Source: Candidatus Sumerlaeaceae bacterium | Lineage (GTDB): Bacteria; Sumerlaeota; Sumerlaeia; Sumerlaeales; Sumerlaeaceae | Assembly: GCA_019695055.1 (NCBI GenBank) | Contig: JAIBAT010000063.1 | Span: forward strand, 6,220 to 70,219 | Length of the DNA stretch: 64,000 nucleotides | Direction of reading: 5' to 3' | In this document: piece after piece, positions 1 through 9,859 of the stretch | Layout of the letters: each line of letters starts with the position of its first letter | How positions within the stretch are numbered: position 1 is the first letter of the stretch | Notes under the pieces: model-generated | The model's database searches: none | The model's input: only the letters and a program-made list of their open reading frames with translations | Told to the model about the DNA's origin: nothing | Program-made: the position numbers and the translations under genes

Positions 1-346
1 TGGCGGCAATGATGAACGCGCTTGCCTTGGGGCAAAGGCGCGGATCCAACCCAAGATCGCCCACCCCGCGCGTCACCACTATGCGGATGTATCCGTCGGT
101 AATCTCATTGGCGCGGACCGTTTCGACCACGGCATCGCGCATCTCGTCCATGGTCATGGGGATCTTCAGCTTGATGAATTTCGCGGATTCCCAAAGGCGA
201 TCCAGGTGCTGATTCAGGCGGAAGACGCAGCCCTCGTAAACCCGGATCCCCTCGAAAATCCCGTCGCCATAAAGGACGCAATGATCAAATACGCTGATCT
301 TCGCCTCGTCCTTGTCGAAGAGCTTTCCGTCGAGCCAGATTTTCAT
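1..346 (-). CDS. ilvE: branched-chain amino acid aminotransferase (class IV), N-terminal portion; gene continues beyond window start
   Basis: Minus-strand translation from ATG at 346: MKIWLDGKLFDKDEAKISVFDHCVLYGDGIFEGIRVYEG... matches the class IV aminotransferase N-terminus; no stop before the window edge. Confidence 0.55.
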   Translation of the reverse strand, partial: MKIWLDGKLFDKDEAKISVFDHCVLYGDGIFEGIRVYEGCVFRLNQHLDRLWESAKFIKLKIPMTMDEMRDAVVETVRANEITDGYIRIVVTRGVGDLGLDPRLCPKASAFIIAA

Positions 347-841
347 AACGCCGCACTCCCGTAAAAGAATCGTCGGCGTCGATGAACCCGAGGAAACACT
401 CTGGTCGTCTCGTTTGACCGCGCCGAACTGTAGGATTTGAATCACAGGCCCGCAGCCCGATTTATTTCCGGATGGGTCCGACGACTTGGGCGTCGTGTAA
501 GTGACCAGTCCGGACAAAAACTAGTCGGGGAGAATTGGGAGGACAAAAAAGAAATAGTCGGGAACCCAACGTGAAAAACCGAAGTTTTCCAGCAAGCTGA
601 GCTCCCGACCGTCAGGGGGTATATGTCAGTCAGCAAGTTGCTTGCCAATAAGACCGGTCTTCTTATTCTAGCTTAATCACTGAAAATAGAGGAGTTAGTT
701 GTTTTTGGGGGAGGCGCAGACGTTTTCCATTGCAGACGCGGTCTCATTTGTGGACTCTTTTTGGGACAACCGCTGATTCGGAAGCCCCAGTTTTGCTGTA
801 AGTCGGTACGTGGGGGGCTTTAACTGGCGGTTTTAGAACAA

Positions 842-2284
842 TTGAGAGCGAGGGTGTCAGGGGTGGCGTCAGCGAAAATCGATGAATTGGCCCTTCCGGT
901 TCGGGCCCTGGTCCTTGATGACGACCCGACCACAGTTGCCGTACTGACCCGGATTCTCAGCCAGCAGCAATGGGAAGTCCAGAGTGCTCAAAGCATCGCC
1001 GAGGCCCGCACGGTCCTTAGCCACTTCGTTCCCGAGGTGGCCATTGTGGATGTCTACATTGGCTCCGAGGACGGTCTGGCCTTTACGGCGGAGCTTCGAA
1101 AGCGCATCCCCGAGGTCGGTATCGTTGTGATCTCCGTGGAGGACACGGAGACCCTGGCCAACAAGGCCATTGGGTCCGGGGCCGACAATTTCCTTTCCAA
1201 GCCCATCGTGCCGGCAGCCCTTTTGCTGGCGGCGGGGAAACTGGCCGAGCTGCGCCACGAGCGCCAGCGCGCCCGCCAACTGGAGCGCGAACTGCAGTCC
1301 ACGGTTTGGGAGCGCGTGTTCCCCGAAATCGTGACACACAGCGATGCCATGGAAGCCGTCCTGCGCCTGATACAGAAAGTCGGCCCCCGCGATCTGGCGG
1401 TTCTTGTTTGCGGTGAAAGCGGCACAGGAAAGGAGCTGGTGGCCCAAGCCATCCACCAGATCAGCCCACGGGCGCGGCACAGTTTCGTCGAGCTTAACTG
1501 CGCCGCACTGCCTCCCAATCTCGTGGAGAGCGAGCTGTTTGGCCACGAGAAGGGGTCCTTTACGGGGGCCGTGGCCGCCAAACCGGGAAAGATCGAGTTG
1601 GCAGCAGGCGGAACGCTTTTCCTCGACGAAATTGGGGAGCTTCCGCTGGACATCCAGCCCAAGCTGCTGCGCGCCCTCCAGGAGAAGCGGATTACCCGCG
1701 TCGGCGGCACGCGGACCATTGACTGCGATTTCCGCCTTGTGTCTGCGACCAACCGTGACCTGGCTGCCGAGGTGAAAGTTGGGCGTTTTCGCGAGGACCT
1801 GTTTTACAGAGTTGCTGTCTTTCCAGTCCAGCTTCCCGCCCTGCGCGACAGGATGGAGGACCTGGACCTGCTGCTGGCCCATTTCCTCAAGCGGGAAGCA
1901 GGCGGGCCCACGGTGGTGACTCCCGAGGCGCGCCAGTTGCTTCATGCCTACGATTGGCCGGGAAACGTCCGCGAGCTCCTGAATTTTGCCCAGGCCATCA
2001 GCCTGCTATCCGAGGGTGGCCATATTGACGGTCCGGCGGTCCGGGCCTACTTTGGATCGCGTTTTGGTGCCATGACCGGCGGGCCGGTTGCGCCCACCTC
2101 CTTGACGCGCCCGGTGCGCACCCTGAAAGAAGTGGAGCGGGAGGAGATCCTCTATGCCCTGCGCCACTTCCATGGGAATGTGGGAGAGGCGGCCCGCGCA
2201 CTCGGCATGGGCCGCGCCACGCTTTACAAATTCATGAGGCTTGAGGGCATAGAAGCCGCGGAATTGACTTCAGCTAAAGCTTAG
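842..2284 (+). CDS. sigma-54-dependent transcriptional regulator (receiver + AAA+ sigma54-interaction + Fis-type HTH; NtrC family)
   Basis: Receiver LVLDDD; Walker A GESGTGKELVAQAIH; GSFTGA (GAFTGA variant) loop; ...TLFLDEIGELP; C-terminal HTH; start probably GTG/TTG (no in-frame ATG before the receiver). Confidence 0.8.
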   Translation: MRARVSGVASAKIDELALPVRALVLDDDPTTVAVLTRILSQQQWEVQSAQSIAEARTVLSHFVPEVAIVDVYIGSEDGLAFTAELRKRIPEVGIVVISVEDTETLANKAIGSGADNFLSKPIVPAALLLAAGKLAELRHERQRARQLERELQSTVWERVFPEIVTHSDAMEAVLRLIQKVGPRDLAVLVCGESGTGKELVAQAIHQISPRARHSFVELNCAALPPNLVESELFGHEKGSFTGAVAAKPGKIELAAGGTLFLDEIGELPLDIQPKLLRALQEKRITRVGGTRTIDCDFRLVSATNRDLAAEVKVGRFREDLFYRVAVFPVQLPALRDRMEDLDLLLAHFLKREAGGPTVVTPEARQLLHAYDWPGNVRELLNFAQAISLLSEGGHIDGPAVRAYFGSRFGAMTGGPVAPTSLTRPVRTLKEVEREEILYALRHFHGNVGEAARALGMGRATLYKFMRLEGIEAAELTSAKA

Positions 2285-2303
2285 AATCGATGCCAGCGCA
2301 GCG

Positions 2304-3323
2304 CTAATCCTCATCTCTTTCGCGCAGCGATTCTGTGACGGCCTGCGATCCCCGTTCCCCACTGCCGCGAGCCACACGCCCCAGCCTGAGCAGGCGCTCA
2401 TAAAACGGTAGAAGCAACTGGGCCCGTTCCCATTCCGCGGGCGACGCGGCCGCATAGGCCGCGTCAAACGCACGGATGCGGTCGGGATCCGAAGCGCAGA
2501 CCCGGAAATGCACCGCGGCAATGTCCTGGGCCGGCGTTGCAAACTCGACACGGCTGTAGTCCACAAGGTGACAGGCCCCTTCGGCGCCATAGAGAATGTT
2601 CGCAAAGTGCAGGTCGCCGTGAATCAAGCTATAAGGTGGAAACTTGCCAAACTGTTCCTCGAACCCCCGAAACCACGCGCTGTGTTCCCTTGCTTCCACG
2701 CCGCTTAAGCGTCCTCCCTTTCGGGCCCGGCGCAGCTTTCGCTCGATGCCGCGAAGCGAGGAGAGAAAGAAGTCATTCGACCGAGGCTCACCGGGTGAAC
2801 CCCAGCGATCCGAGTAGATTCCGTGGAGTCGCCCCAATTGCACAGCGAGTTTCCCAAGGTAGTCGGGCGAAACATTCCACGGCCGTGTCATCTCCCCCTC
2901 AACAAACTCCTCGACCAGAATGACCGCGCCACATTGTTCCGGGTCATATTGAAAATCCACCAGCGCGGGCGCGTCGACACCATTCTCCTGAAGCAATTCC
3001 AGGATTCGCCGATGGCGTTCCGCATCGTGCAGCTCGCTCAGCGGGTAAAAGCGTATCACCGCTTTTTGATCACCAAAGGAAACAAACCACAGCCGCGACG
3101 AAACGCCCAGCGCGGGAATCTCAATCCGTGCATGCACGTCCTTTGCAATGTCGAGCTTGAGGCGCAGGTAATTGCGAACGTACATTTTCACTGCGCCAGC
3201 CACCTGCTCAAACGTGCGCGCCGACCGCCACGCCTTTCCGTTCAGGAATGGCGCCCAGCGTCGCGCGCTCAACATCAGTTGATGGCGTGTTTCGGACAGG
3301 ATGTCAAATAATTGAGAAGTCAT
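2304..3323 (-). CDS. phosphotransferase family protein (APH/choline-kinase-like kinase fold)
   Basis: Brenner-like motif LIHGDLHFANILY and HLVDYS; about 339 aa. Confidence 0.55.
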   Translation of the reverse strand: MTSQLFDILSETRHQLMLSARRWAPFLNGKAWRSARTFEQVAGAVKMYVRNYLRLKLDIAKDVHARIEIPALGVSSRLWFVSFGDQKAVIRFYPLSELHDAERHRRILELLQENGVDAPALVDFQYDPEQCGAVILVEEFVEGEMTRPWNVSPDYLGKLAVQLGRLHGIYSDRWGSPGEPRSNDFFLSSLRGIERKLRRARKGGRLSGVEAREHSAWFRGFEEQFGKFPPYSLIHGDLHFANILYGAEGACHLVDYSRVEFATPAQDIAAVHFRVCASDPDRIRAFDAAYAAASPAEWERAQLLLPFYERLLRLGRVARGSGERGSQAVTESLRERDED

Positions 3324-3358
3324 GTTCTTGGGACGGGGCTGGTGAAAATCGAAGCCGC

Positions 3359-3937
3359 TTACATGTCGCTAACCAACCGCTCCAGTGGCGGCTCATCCTC
3401 TTCGATGGCCTCGAACCGGCCGACGTCGAGATTCTCGAAGAAATTGTCATTGAGGTCGTCGTTCGCTGTCGAGACCTCGCCGATGATGCAGTAATCGCTG
3501 ACCGGCCAAAACTCGTGGTAAACGCCAGGGTAGAGCGTGATGCGGTCACCCTGAATCATATAGATCACGGAATTCGAGGGAAAGAACTGCTCCTCACCAT
3601 TTATAAGGACACGCACCGGCTTCCCGGCGCGGTTGGCGCGCCAGTCCTCCGTCCGGTCGGCCACACGAACTGCGAAAGTCCCGACCCGGCAGATGATATC
3701 TTCCTGCTTCTTCTTATGGCAATGGAGGAGCGTCACCTGGTTCTTCTTCGCAAACATCAGCTTCTCGCAATACTCGGGCAGATCGGTCAGGTTTACCAGC
3801 ACCAGCCCATTTTGCGGGAACCGTCCCAGCCCGAAACCGGTTACGTCCCAGCGCGGCTTGGGGGGCAGGTGCCAATGATGGCGCTCAAAGGCCAACCGGG
3901 CATCCGCAATGGCCGCATTGATTTCTGATCGTTTCAT
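3359..3937 (-). CDS. D-lyxose ketol-isomerase-like cupin (YdaE family)
   Basis: MKRSEINAAIA...WDVTGFG...HCHKKKQEDIICR...GEVSTANDDLNDNFFENLDVGRFEAIEEDEPP matches the recalled YdaE/D-lyxose isomerase blocks; start set at the MKRSEI ATG. Confidence 0.6.
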   Translation of the reverse strand: MKRSEINAAIADARLAFERHHWHLPPKPRWDVTGFGLGRFPQNGLVLVNLTDLPEYCEKLMFAKKNQVTLLHCHKKKQEDIICRVGTFAVRVADRTEDWRANRAGKPVRVLINGEEQFFPSNSVIYMIQGDRITLYPGVYHEFWPVSDYCIIGEVSTANDDLNDNFFENLDVGRFEAIEEDEPPLERLVSDM

Positions 3938-4135
3938 CCCACGAAAACCTCGTCCCAACCTGCCAAATTTGTCCTATTTAGGCACTATCCGGGCATTTTT
4001 CAAATCCATCCCTTGACGCATAGGCAATCCCAATGTGCATTGGAAAGGGTTTGGTGGTTGCTTTTCCCCCCTTTTTGGGGGGCGGGTAGGGAGAAAATGG
4101 CAAGGCAGGGCATCTCCCGGGCAGGGCTGCGTGCG

Positions 4136-4164
4136 TTGACGCAACCCCCGGCCCGGCATATACA
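4136..4164 (+). promoter_or_regulatory. candidate sigma70 promoter (TTGACG-17 bp-TATACA) upstream of the pseudopilin operon
   Basis: Hexamers read directly; 17-bp spacer; about 17 nt before the first operon start. Confidence 0.25.
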
Positions 4165-4180
4165 TCACTGGTAGACTATT

Positions 4181-4798
4181 GTGGTTTCGGGCACTTACAT
4201 AACAAAGGCGGGGGGCAGGCGTGCCTTCTCGCTCATCGAGTTGCTGGTGGTCATCGCCATCATGCTGATACTCACGGTTTTGGCCGTGGGCGCCTACGCC
4301 AATTTCAACAAGGCCCGCCGAATCCGCAGCTCCGCCGAATCCATCAATAGCATCTTCACCACCGCCCGGGCCTTCGCCATTTCCAAGAACCAATGGTATC
4401 GCGTGGTCTTCCAGTTCAAGAACCCAGACACCGGCGCCGAGGAATTCGCCTACTGGATCGACGAGATCGTCCGAAACACCAGTGCCAGCCCCTCCCCGCC
4501 AATTATCCAGCTTCCCAACGGGGTCATCACCCCCAAGGTCACCACTCCCGAATTCATGGATCAAAAGGTGCAGATCGAATCCATCTATGTGGACAACCTG
4601 GCTGACCCGGCAACGACCATAACCGCAAGCGCCGCGAATTACGCCGTCGTGCGGTTCCGGCCTGATGGTTCGTCGGACGCATCATCTGTCCACATCATCA
4701 GCCGTGCCACCGACCCCGCCGTGGATTCCAACTACTATACGATCAAGCTCTACAACCCCTCCGCGAAATCGAAAATCTATGCGGAAACGCGGAGGTAG
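4181..4798 (+). CDS. prepilin-type N-terminal cleavage/methylation domain protein (minor pseudopilin-like)
   Basis: GTG start; leader ...KAGGRRAFSLIELLVVIAIMLIL (class III signal-like, Ala at -1). Confidence 0.65.
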   Translation: MVSGTYITKAGGRRAFSLIELLVVIAIMLILTVLAVGAYANFNKARRIRSSAESINSIFTTARAFAISKNQWYRVVFQFKNPDTGAEEFAYWIDEIVRNTSASPSPPIIQLPNGVITPKVTTPEFMDQKVQIESIYVDNLADPATTITASAANYAVVRFRPDGSSDASSVHIISRATDPAVDSNYYTIKLYNPSAKSKIYAETRR

Positions 4799-5255
4799 CG
4801 CCGGCGTGCAACGTGACAACACATGGCTGCGCCGCGCAGTCCGGGCCTTCACGCTCATCGAGGTGCTTGTCAGCCTTGCCATCCTGCTGGCCGGCGTTGT
4901 GCCGATATTCTTCATCTTGCCCAACACCTTCCGCGCCCGCCAGGAGGCCGAATTCCTCACCAAGGCCGCCATGTTGGCGCAATGGAAGGCCGAGGAAATA
5001 CGCCGCGACGACGACACCTCGGGAACGCTCCTTGGCATCATCCAAAGCCGCACCACACCCACCACACCCATGCCGTTCACGGCGGAGTCGAAACTGAGCT
5101 ACAGCTTCAACGGACGGTCCATACTTTATGCGGATTTGCCGCCTTCGCCTCTGAATGACGCCGGCGTGGCCCGAATCATCATTTCGTTGACCCGGGTCGG
5201 CAATCCCCAACCATCACCCAGGGACGTGATCTATGAGTTGCGCTTTGCGTACTGA
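4779..5255 (+). CDS. prepilin-type pseudopilin-like protein
   Basis: MRKRGG...RRAVRAFTLIEVLVSLAILLAG; ATG at 4779 overlaps the upstream stop by 20 nt. Confidence 0.6.
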   Translation: MRKRGGSAGVQRDNTWLRRAVRAFTLIEVLVSLAILLAGVVPIFFILPNTFRARQEAEFLTKAAMLAQWKAEEIRRDDDTSGTLLGIIQSRTTPTTPMPFTAESKLSYSFNGRSILYADLPPSPLNDAGVARIIISLTRVGNPQPSPRDVIYELRFAY

Positions 5256-6186
5256 CGGCGCAGCCCGCCGCGCGCGGGCCTTCACGCTCATCGAGCTCCT
5301 CGTGGCCATTGCTGTTTGCATGGCTTTCCTGGGCGGCGCTGTCTTCACGTTCATCCAGATTGTCCGTGCTGGCGACCGCAGCCAGGCCCGCACCGAAGCC
5401 CTTGCCCAGGCGCGCCACGCCCTGGACACCATGGCCTCCGAGCTCAAGCAGGCCCGCTTTGGCCCACCCACTGCGTCTCCCATGAATCTGTTCGACGGCA
5501 AAACCGCCACTTTCCCGGGCAACCAGGGCAACCGCCTCGACGACGACGAGGATGGCCAGACCGACGAGGAGGACATTGATGGCCAGGCCAATTCCGGCTG
5601 GGCCGTGGGCGACGACAAGCATGTGCGCCTCGACAATGCCGCCGTTACACCCGTTTACGAACGAAAACAGTTCCTCGGCACCGCCGACTTGGACGATCAG
5701 CAGATTGACTATGACGTGAAGTTTGCCAACGCCGAGATTATCTTCCGCACCTTCCCAAATGTTTTTAATCCCACCTTTGGCATCCGTCAGGTGCGGTTTC
5801 TTCTCGGCACCTACGATGGCCAGACCAACGTGCTGCTACGCGAGGTCATCACGGACAAGGGCGGCGCCGCCGAATCCACCACCACATCTCCGCTCGCTTT
5901 CAATGTGGTTTCCTTCGGAGCACTTTTCTATAATTCCAATCCCGCATTCAGCACCCCCATGGGCAGCACCGGCTGGAGCAACTTCTGGAGCGCCGACGGC
6001 ATCCTGCCGGCCCTGGTGGAACTTCCGCCCACAGTTTACCTGACAGTCAGCGTCTACAGCGGCACCACGCCCCTCGCGATCCTGCCTCCCTCGAAACCCG
6101 TTGAGACCGTAACGCTCGGAACAGTCGTTGGCATCGAGGCCGTTCTCGCCGACGGCGACTATGCCCTGCAGCGCAACACCTACTGA
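5233..6186 (+). CDS. prepilin-type pseudopilin-like protein (larger, GspK/J-like size)
   Basis: MSCALRTDGAARRARAFTLIELLVAIAV...; overlaps the upstream gene by 23 nt. Confidence 0.6.
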   Translation: MSCALRTDGAARRARAFTLIELLVAIAVCMAFLGGAVFTFIQIVRAGDRSQARTEALAQARHALDTMASELKQARFGPPTASPMNLFDGKTATFPGNQGNRLDDDEDGQTDEEDIDGQANSGWAVGDDKHVRLDNAAVTPVYERKQFLGTADLDDQQIDYDVKFANAEIIFRTFPNVFNPTFGIRQVRFLLGTYDGQTNVLLREVITDKGGAAESTTTSPLAFNVVSFGALFYNSNPAFSTPMGSTGWSNFWSADGILPALVELPPTVYLTVSVYSGTTPLAILPPSKPVETVTLGTVVGIEAVLADGDYALQRNTY

Positions 6187-6215
6187 GTGATCCTCCTGGG
6201 GCTCGCAATCCACCA

Positions 6216-6665
6216 GTGAAAGCCATCCTGCAGCGCGTGCGCGAAGCCAGCGTGGACGTGGACGGGCAAACCGTTGGCCGCATCGGCCCCGGACTGCTCG
6301 TGCTAGCGGGATTCACCGCCTCGGATGACCGCCGTGCCCTCGAAGCCGTCGCCACCAAAATGGTGAACCTCCGCATTTTCGAGGACAATGACGGCAAGAT
6401 GAACCTCTCGCTGCTCGAAACCGGTGGCGGGCTGCTGGTTGTCAGCCAGTTTACCCTCTACGCCGATTGCCGCAAAGGCCGTCGCCCCAGTTTCATGAAC
6501 GCCGCGCCCCCCGACCAGGCCAAAAGTCTCTACGAGGAATTCGTCGGAATCTGCCGAAGCCTTGGCCCGCAGGTGGAAACCGGAATCTTTGCGGCCATGA
6601 TGGAGGTCCGGCTAAACAACTGGGGCCCTGTCACTATAACGTTGGATTCTGACGAACTCGCTTAG
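6216..6665 (+). CDS. dtd: D-aminoacyl-tRNA deacylase
   Basis: MKAILQRV..GPGLLVLAGF...SQFTLYADCRKGRRPSF matches the Dtd signature; 149 aa. Confidence 0.85.
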   Translation: MKAILQRVREASVDVDGQTVGRIGPGLLVLAGFTASDDRRALEAVATKMVNLRIFEDNDGKMNLSLLETGGGLLVVSQFTLYADCRKGRRPSFMNAAPPDQAKSLYEEFVGICRSLGPQVETGIFAAMMEVRLNNWGPVTITLDSDELA

Positions 6666-6672
6666 TTAATCT

Positions 6673-7758
6673 TCAGGCCAACTCTTCCTCAAACAGCGAA
6701 AGCTGCCCGTCCCCCGACGCCCGCCGAAACGCCTCCACAGACAGCGACGTGTCGCGCTGCACCAACCCGGCCCGCTTGCAAGCCAGCCCGAACAGCTTGT
6801 GGATGTTCTCCGCGTGCACCCCTTCGCCCCGCATACGCGCGCCAAACCGCGGATCGGTCAGCTTGCCGTCACGCATTTCCCGCAACCGGTTCATGACCTT
6901 CTCGCGCGCATCGGGCCGGTGCGTGGCCAGCCATTCCTCGAACATCTGTCCCACGCTGTAGGGGAGCCGCAAAATCGTGTAGTTGGCGAACTTCGCCCCC
7001 GCCCGCGCCGCCTCGCTGATGACCGACGGTATCTCGTGCTCGGTGAGCCCCGGAATGATGGGCGCCATCATGACCCCCACCGGGATCCCCGCCGCCGCCA
7101 GCTCCTCGATCGCCGCCAACCGCCCCGTTGGCGCCGAGGCCCGCGGCTCCAGGGTCCGCGCCAGCTCCGGATCCAGCGACGTGACCGACACGCACACCAC
7201 CGCCGCGTTATGCCTCGCCAGCTCGCCCAGCACATCAATGTCTCTCGTCACCAGCCGGCTTTTCGTGATGATCGCCACAGGGTTACGAAACTCCGCCATC
7301 ACTTCCAGGCACTGCCGCGTGATCCGCAGCCGTTTCTCCGCCGGTTGATACGGATCCGTCACACCGCTCATGGCGATCACCCGCGGCTTCCACCGCGGCG
7401 ACGACAACTCCTTCCGCAGCAGCCGCGGAGCATCCTCTTTCACCATGATGCGCGACTCGAAATCCAACCCCGACGAGAACCCAAGGTACTCGTGCGTCGG
7501 CCGGGCGTAGCAGTACACGCACCCATGCTCGCACCCGCGATAGGGGTTCAGCCCTGTATCAAACGGCACGTCCGGGCTGTCGTTGTGCGACAGCACACCC
7601 TTGGTCCGATCCTGGAAGAACTCCGTCGTGGGTGCCGGATCCGGGCACAGTCCCTCGACGGCCTCGCGCTCCACGTGGCGCTTGGCGAAACGGTTTCGCG
7701 GGTTGCCTGCGGTTCCCCGCCCGCGCAACGGGGAATGAATGGTGGTTATCGCGCTCAT
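6673..7758 (-). CDS. radical SAM protein, SplB-like DNA repair photolyase family (COG1533-like)
   Basis: CEHGCVYCYARPTHEYLGF cluster motif typical of the SplB/PA0069 family; 361 aa. Confidence 0.6.
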   Translation of the reverse strand: MSAITTIHSPLRGRGTAGNPRNRFAKRHVEREAVEGLCPDPAPTTEFFQDRTKGVLSHNDSPDVPFDTGLNPYRGCEHGCVYCYARPTHEYLGFSSGLDFESRIMVKEDAPRLLRKELSSPRWKPRVIAMSGVTDPYQPAEKRLRITRQCLEVMAEFRNPVAIITKSRLVTRDIDVLGELARHNAAVVCVSVTSLDPELARTLEPRASAPTGRLAAIEELAAAGIPVGVMMAPIIPGLTEHEIPSVISEAARAGAKFANYTILRLPYSVGQMFEEWLATHRPDAREKVMNRLREMRDGKLTDPRFGARMRGEGVHAENIHKLFGLACKRAGLVQRDTSLSVEAFRRASGDGQLSLFEEELA

Positions 7759-7763
7759 GATGT

Positions 7764-7779
7764 TAGAACTTATGTTCTA
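7764..7779. promoter_or_regulatory. Cheo-box-like palindrome TAGAAC-TTAT-GTTCTA (GAAC-N4-GTTC) beside the radical SAM start codon, with a third GTTCTAA half-site at 7786-7792
   Basis: Palindrome read directly; LexA of Gram-positive type binds GAAC-N4-GTTC (established knowledge). Confidence 0.35.
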
Positions 7780-7892
7780 CACGACGTTCTAATTCAAGGA
7801 AAATCGACATCCGCGCTTTTTTTGAGGGGGGCTTCCCTATGCCCCCACCCCGGGGGAATCACCGGTACCTTCCGCTTCCCCCGTTGGATCTG

Positions 7893-9367
7893 TTAGTGGC
7901 TTGTCCCGATTTTCGGCGGCTGGGCATCCGCATCCGTATCCATGTAGAAGCCCTCGTCGCTTGGCAGCAGCGGAGTCGCCGATTTCATCGCCGTCTGCAG
8001 GATCCAGTTCAGGGCCAGCGGCTTCTGGGCCTCCTTGCCGGCCGCCTCCAGGCGCTTCTGCAATTCCGCGACCTTCTCGGGATGCGCCGCGGCCACATTG
8101 TTCTTCTCGTAGGGATCCTCCGCAATGTTATAGAGGTCCACGCTCGTCGGAATCAGCGTGCGCCAGATGAGCTTCCAGTCACCCTGCCGCACGGCGCCCC
8201 GGAACGGCTCCACATTGTAGATGAACTCGCTGCGCGGTGACGGCTTGTTCTCCGCGATCGTCGCCCACACATTCTTGCCGTCCAGCGGCTTGCTCTTCGC
8301 CGTCGATGCGCCCGCCAGCTCTGCAAGCGTTGCATAGATGTCAACCGCATGGATCATCCCGGTCACCGTTTGCGGTTTGATATGCCCCGGCCAGTTCGCA
8401 AACGCGCAGACCAATGTGCCACCTTCAAAAAGCGAGCCCTTCCCGTCCCGGTATGAACCATTATCGCACGGCAGCGTGACTTTCGACATGTCCGCCATCT
8501 GGCCGGCAAACGCCGCGTTGCGCGTGCCGCCATTGTCGCTGTGGAATAGGATCAGCGTGTCATCGCGCAGGCCCTTCTTGTCCAGCGCCGTGACCACCTT
8601 GCCGATATTATCGTCCAGGCAGGTCACCATGCCGGCGTATGTGCGGCGCGTGGGGTCCTCGATGTTCTTGTAGCGGTCAATATACTCCTGCGGCGCCTGG
8701 TACGGCGTGTGCGGAGCGTTGAACGTCAGGTAAAGATAAAACGGCTGCTTGCCGTCCTGCTTGTCGATATATTTGACGGCATCGTCCCCCAGCAGGTTCG
8801 TCGTATAGCCCTTCTCCCGCACCGGCTTGTTATCGCGAAACCAATCCAGCACCCCGTGCTCGTCATGCGTGAAGTAGTCCAACTCCCCGATCATCGCGCC
8901 ATACTGGTAGTCAAAACCCCGCTGCTTCGGCCAATACTTCCTGTCCGCGTGGCCCAGGTGCCACTTGCCAATGATCGCCGTCTTGTAGCCCGCGTCGCTC
9001 AGGCACTGCGGCATCAGGTACTCGCTCGTGTCCAGCCCGTAGCCCGCCGCCGTGGGAATGACAATTGTCTGGAGACCATAGCGAAATGGATAGCGCCCCG
9101 TCATCAGCGCCGCCCGCGTCGGCGTGCACATCGGCTGCACGTAGAACTGCGCCAGCTTCGCGCCCCCATCGGCCAGCGCGTCCATGTTGGGCGTCTTGAT
9201 GTCCTTGCAGCCGTTGAACCCGACATCCTTCCACCCCAGGTCATCCGCGACGATGTGGACAATGTTGGGCTTCCTGGCCGCACTGCCCGCAGATGTTTCC
9301 TGCGCGGTCTGGCAAATAGCCACCGCCGACATCATCAAACACAGCCCTGCGATCAAAGGCCGATTCA
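7893..9367 (-). CDS. arylsulfatase (sulfatase family, secreted)
   Basis: Signal peptide MNRPLIAGLCLMMSAVA; sulfatase signature CTPTRAALMTGRY; VHIVADDLGW. Confidence 0.8.
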
Positions 9368-9601
9368 TGGGGGGGGAATCCTTTTCGTGGTCAAATTTTT
9401 CTGCCTGGCTAAAAGGAGTATAATAGCGTTGCCCCCAATCGCTATTCCCATTGATGACTGTCCTGCTCAATTTCGAACCAAACCGAGGCAAATCCGCCGT
9501 CCGGATCCGAAGAGAGAGTTGAAAGCCAGGAAAGAATATGTTCTTCATACAGCCAGGGAACTTGGTTGGGAGATAAAGAAGAAGTAAGGCGCCGTAAGAA
9601 A

Positions 9602-9826
9602 TTACCCTCTTCTCAGAATCCGCTCATATTCATCGTGCAATCCGATCCACACCCAGGTGAAATCCTCGCCTTCTTCAACGGCAGGGGCTCGATGGGAAAG
9701 GTCCACTCGCACGGACCATAAGGCGCCGACTTTCTTTAATTGCAGGCTGGGGTGTCTCGGATCGGCTTTCAGCAGTTCAAATGCCTTGTCGGCCCGCTTC
9801 CGGATACTCGGGCGAAAGGTCCTCAT
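9602..9826 (-). CDS. RelE/ParE-family type II toxin-like protein
   Basis: 74 aa; ...LWSVRVDLSHRA...EDFTWVWIGLHDEY aligns with the RelE/ParE C-terminal block (yRlRvgdyRviY..d....v.il.igHRkdvY). Confidence 0.5.
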   Translation of the reverse strand: MRTFRPSIRKRADKAFELLKADPRHPSLQLKKVGALWSVRVDLSHRAPAVEEGEDFTWVWIGLHDEYERILRRG

Positions 9827-9859
9827 AGTTCTTCCAAAACCGCTCTGTTGCGCGGTGCA

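Noticed and set aside
869-1945. 358-aa minus-strand ORF (and nested 1054-1752 ORF) antisense to the sigma54 regulator gene
   Set aside because: It lies entirely inside a gene with strong motif support on the other strand. Long antisense open frames are expected at this GC content, and it has no recognisable motifs.
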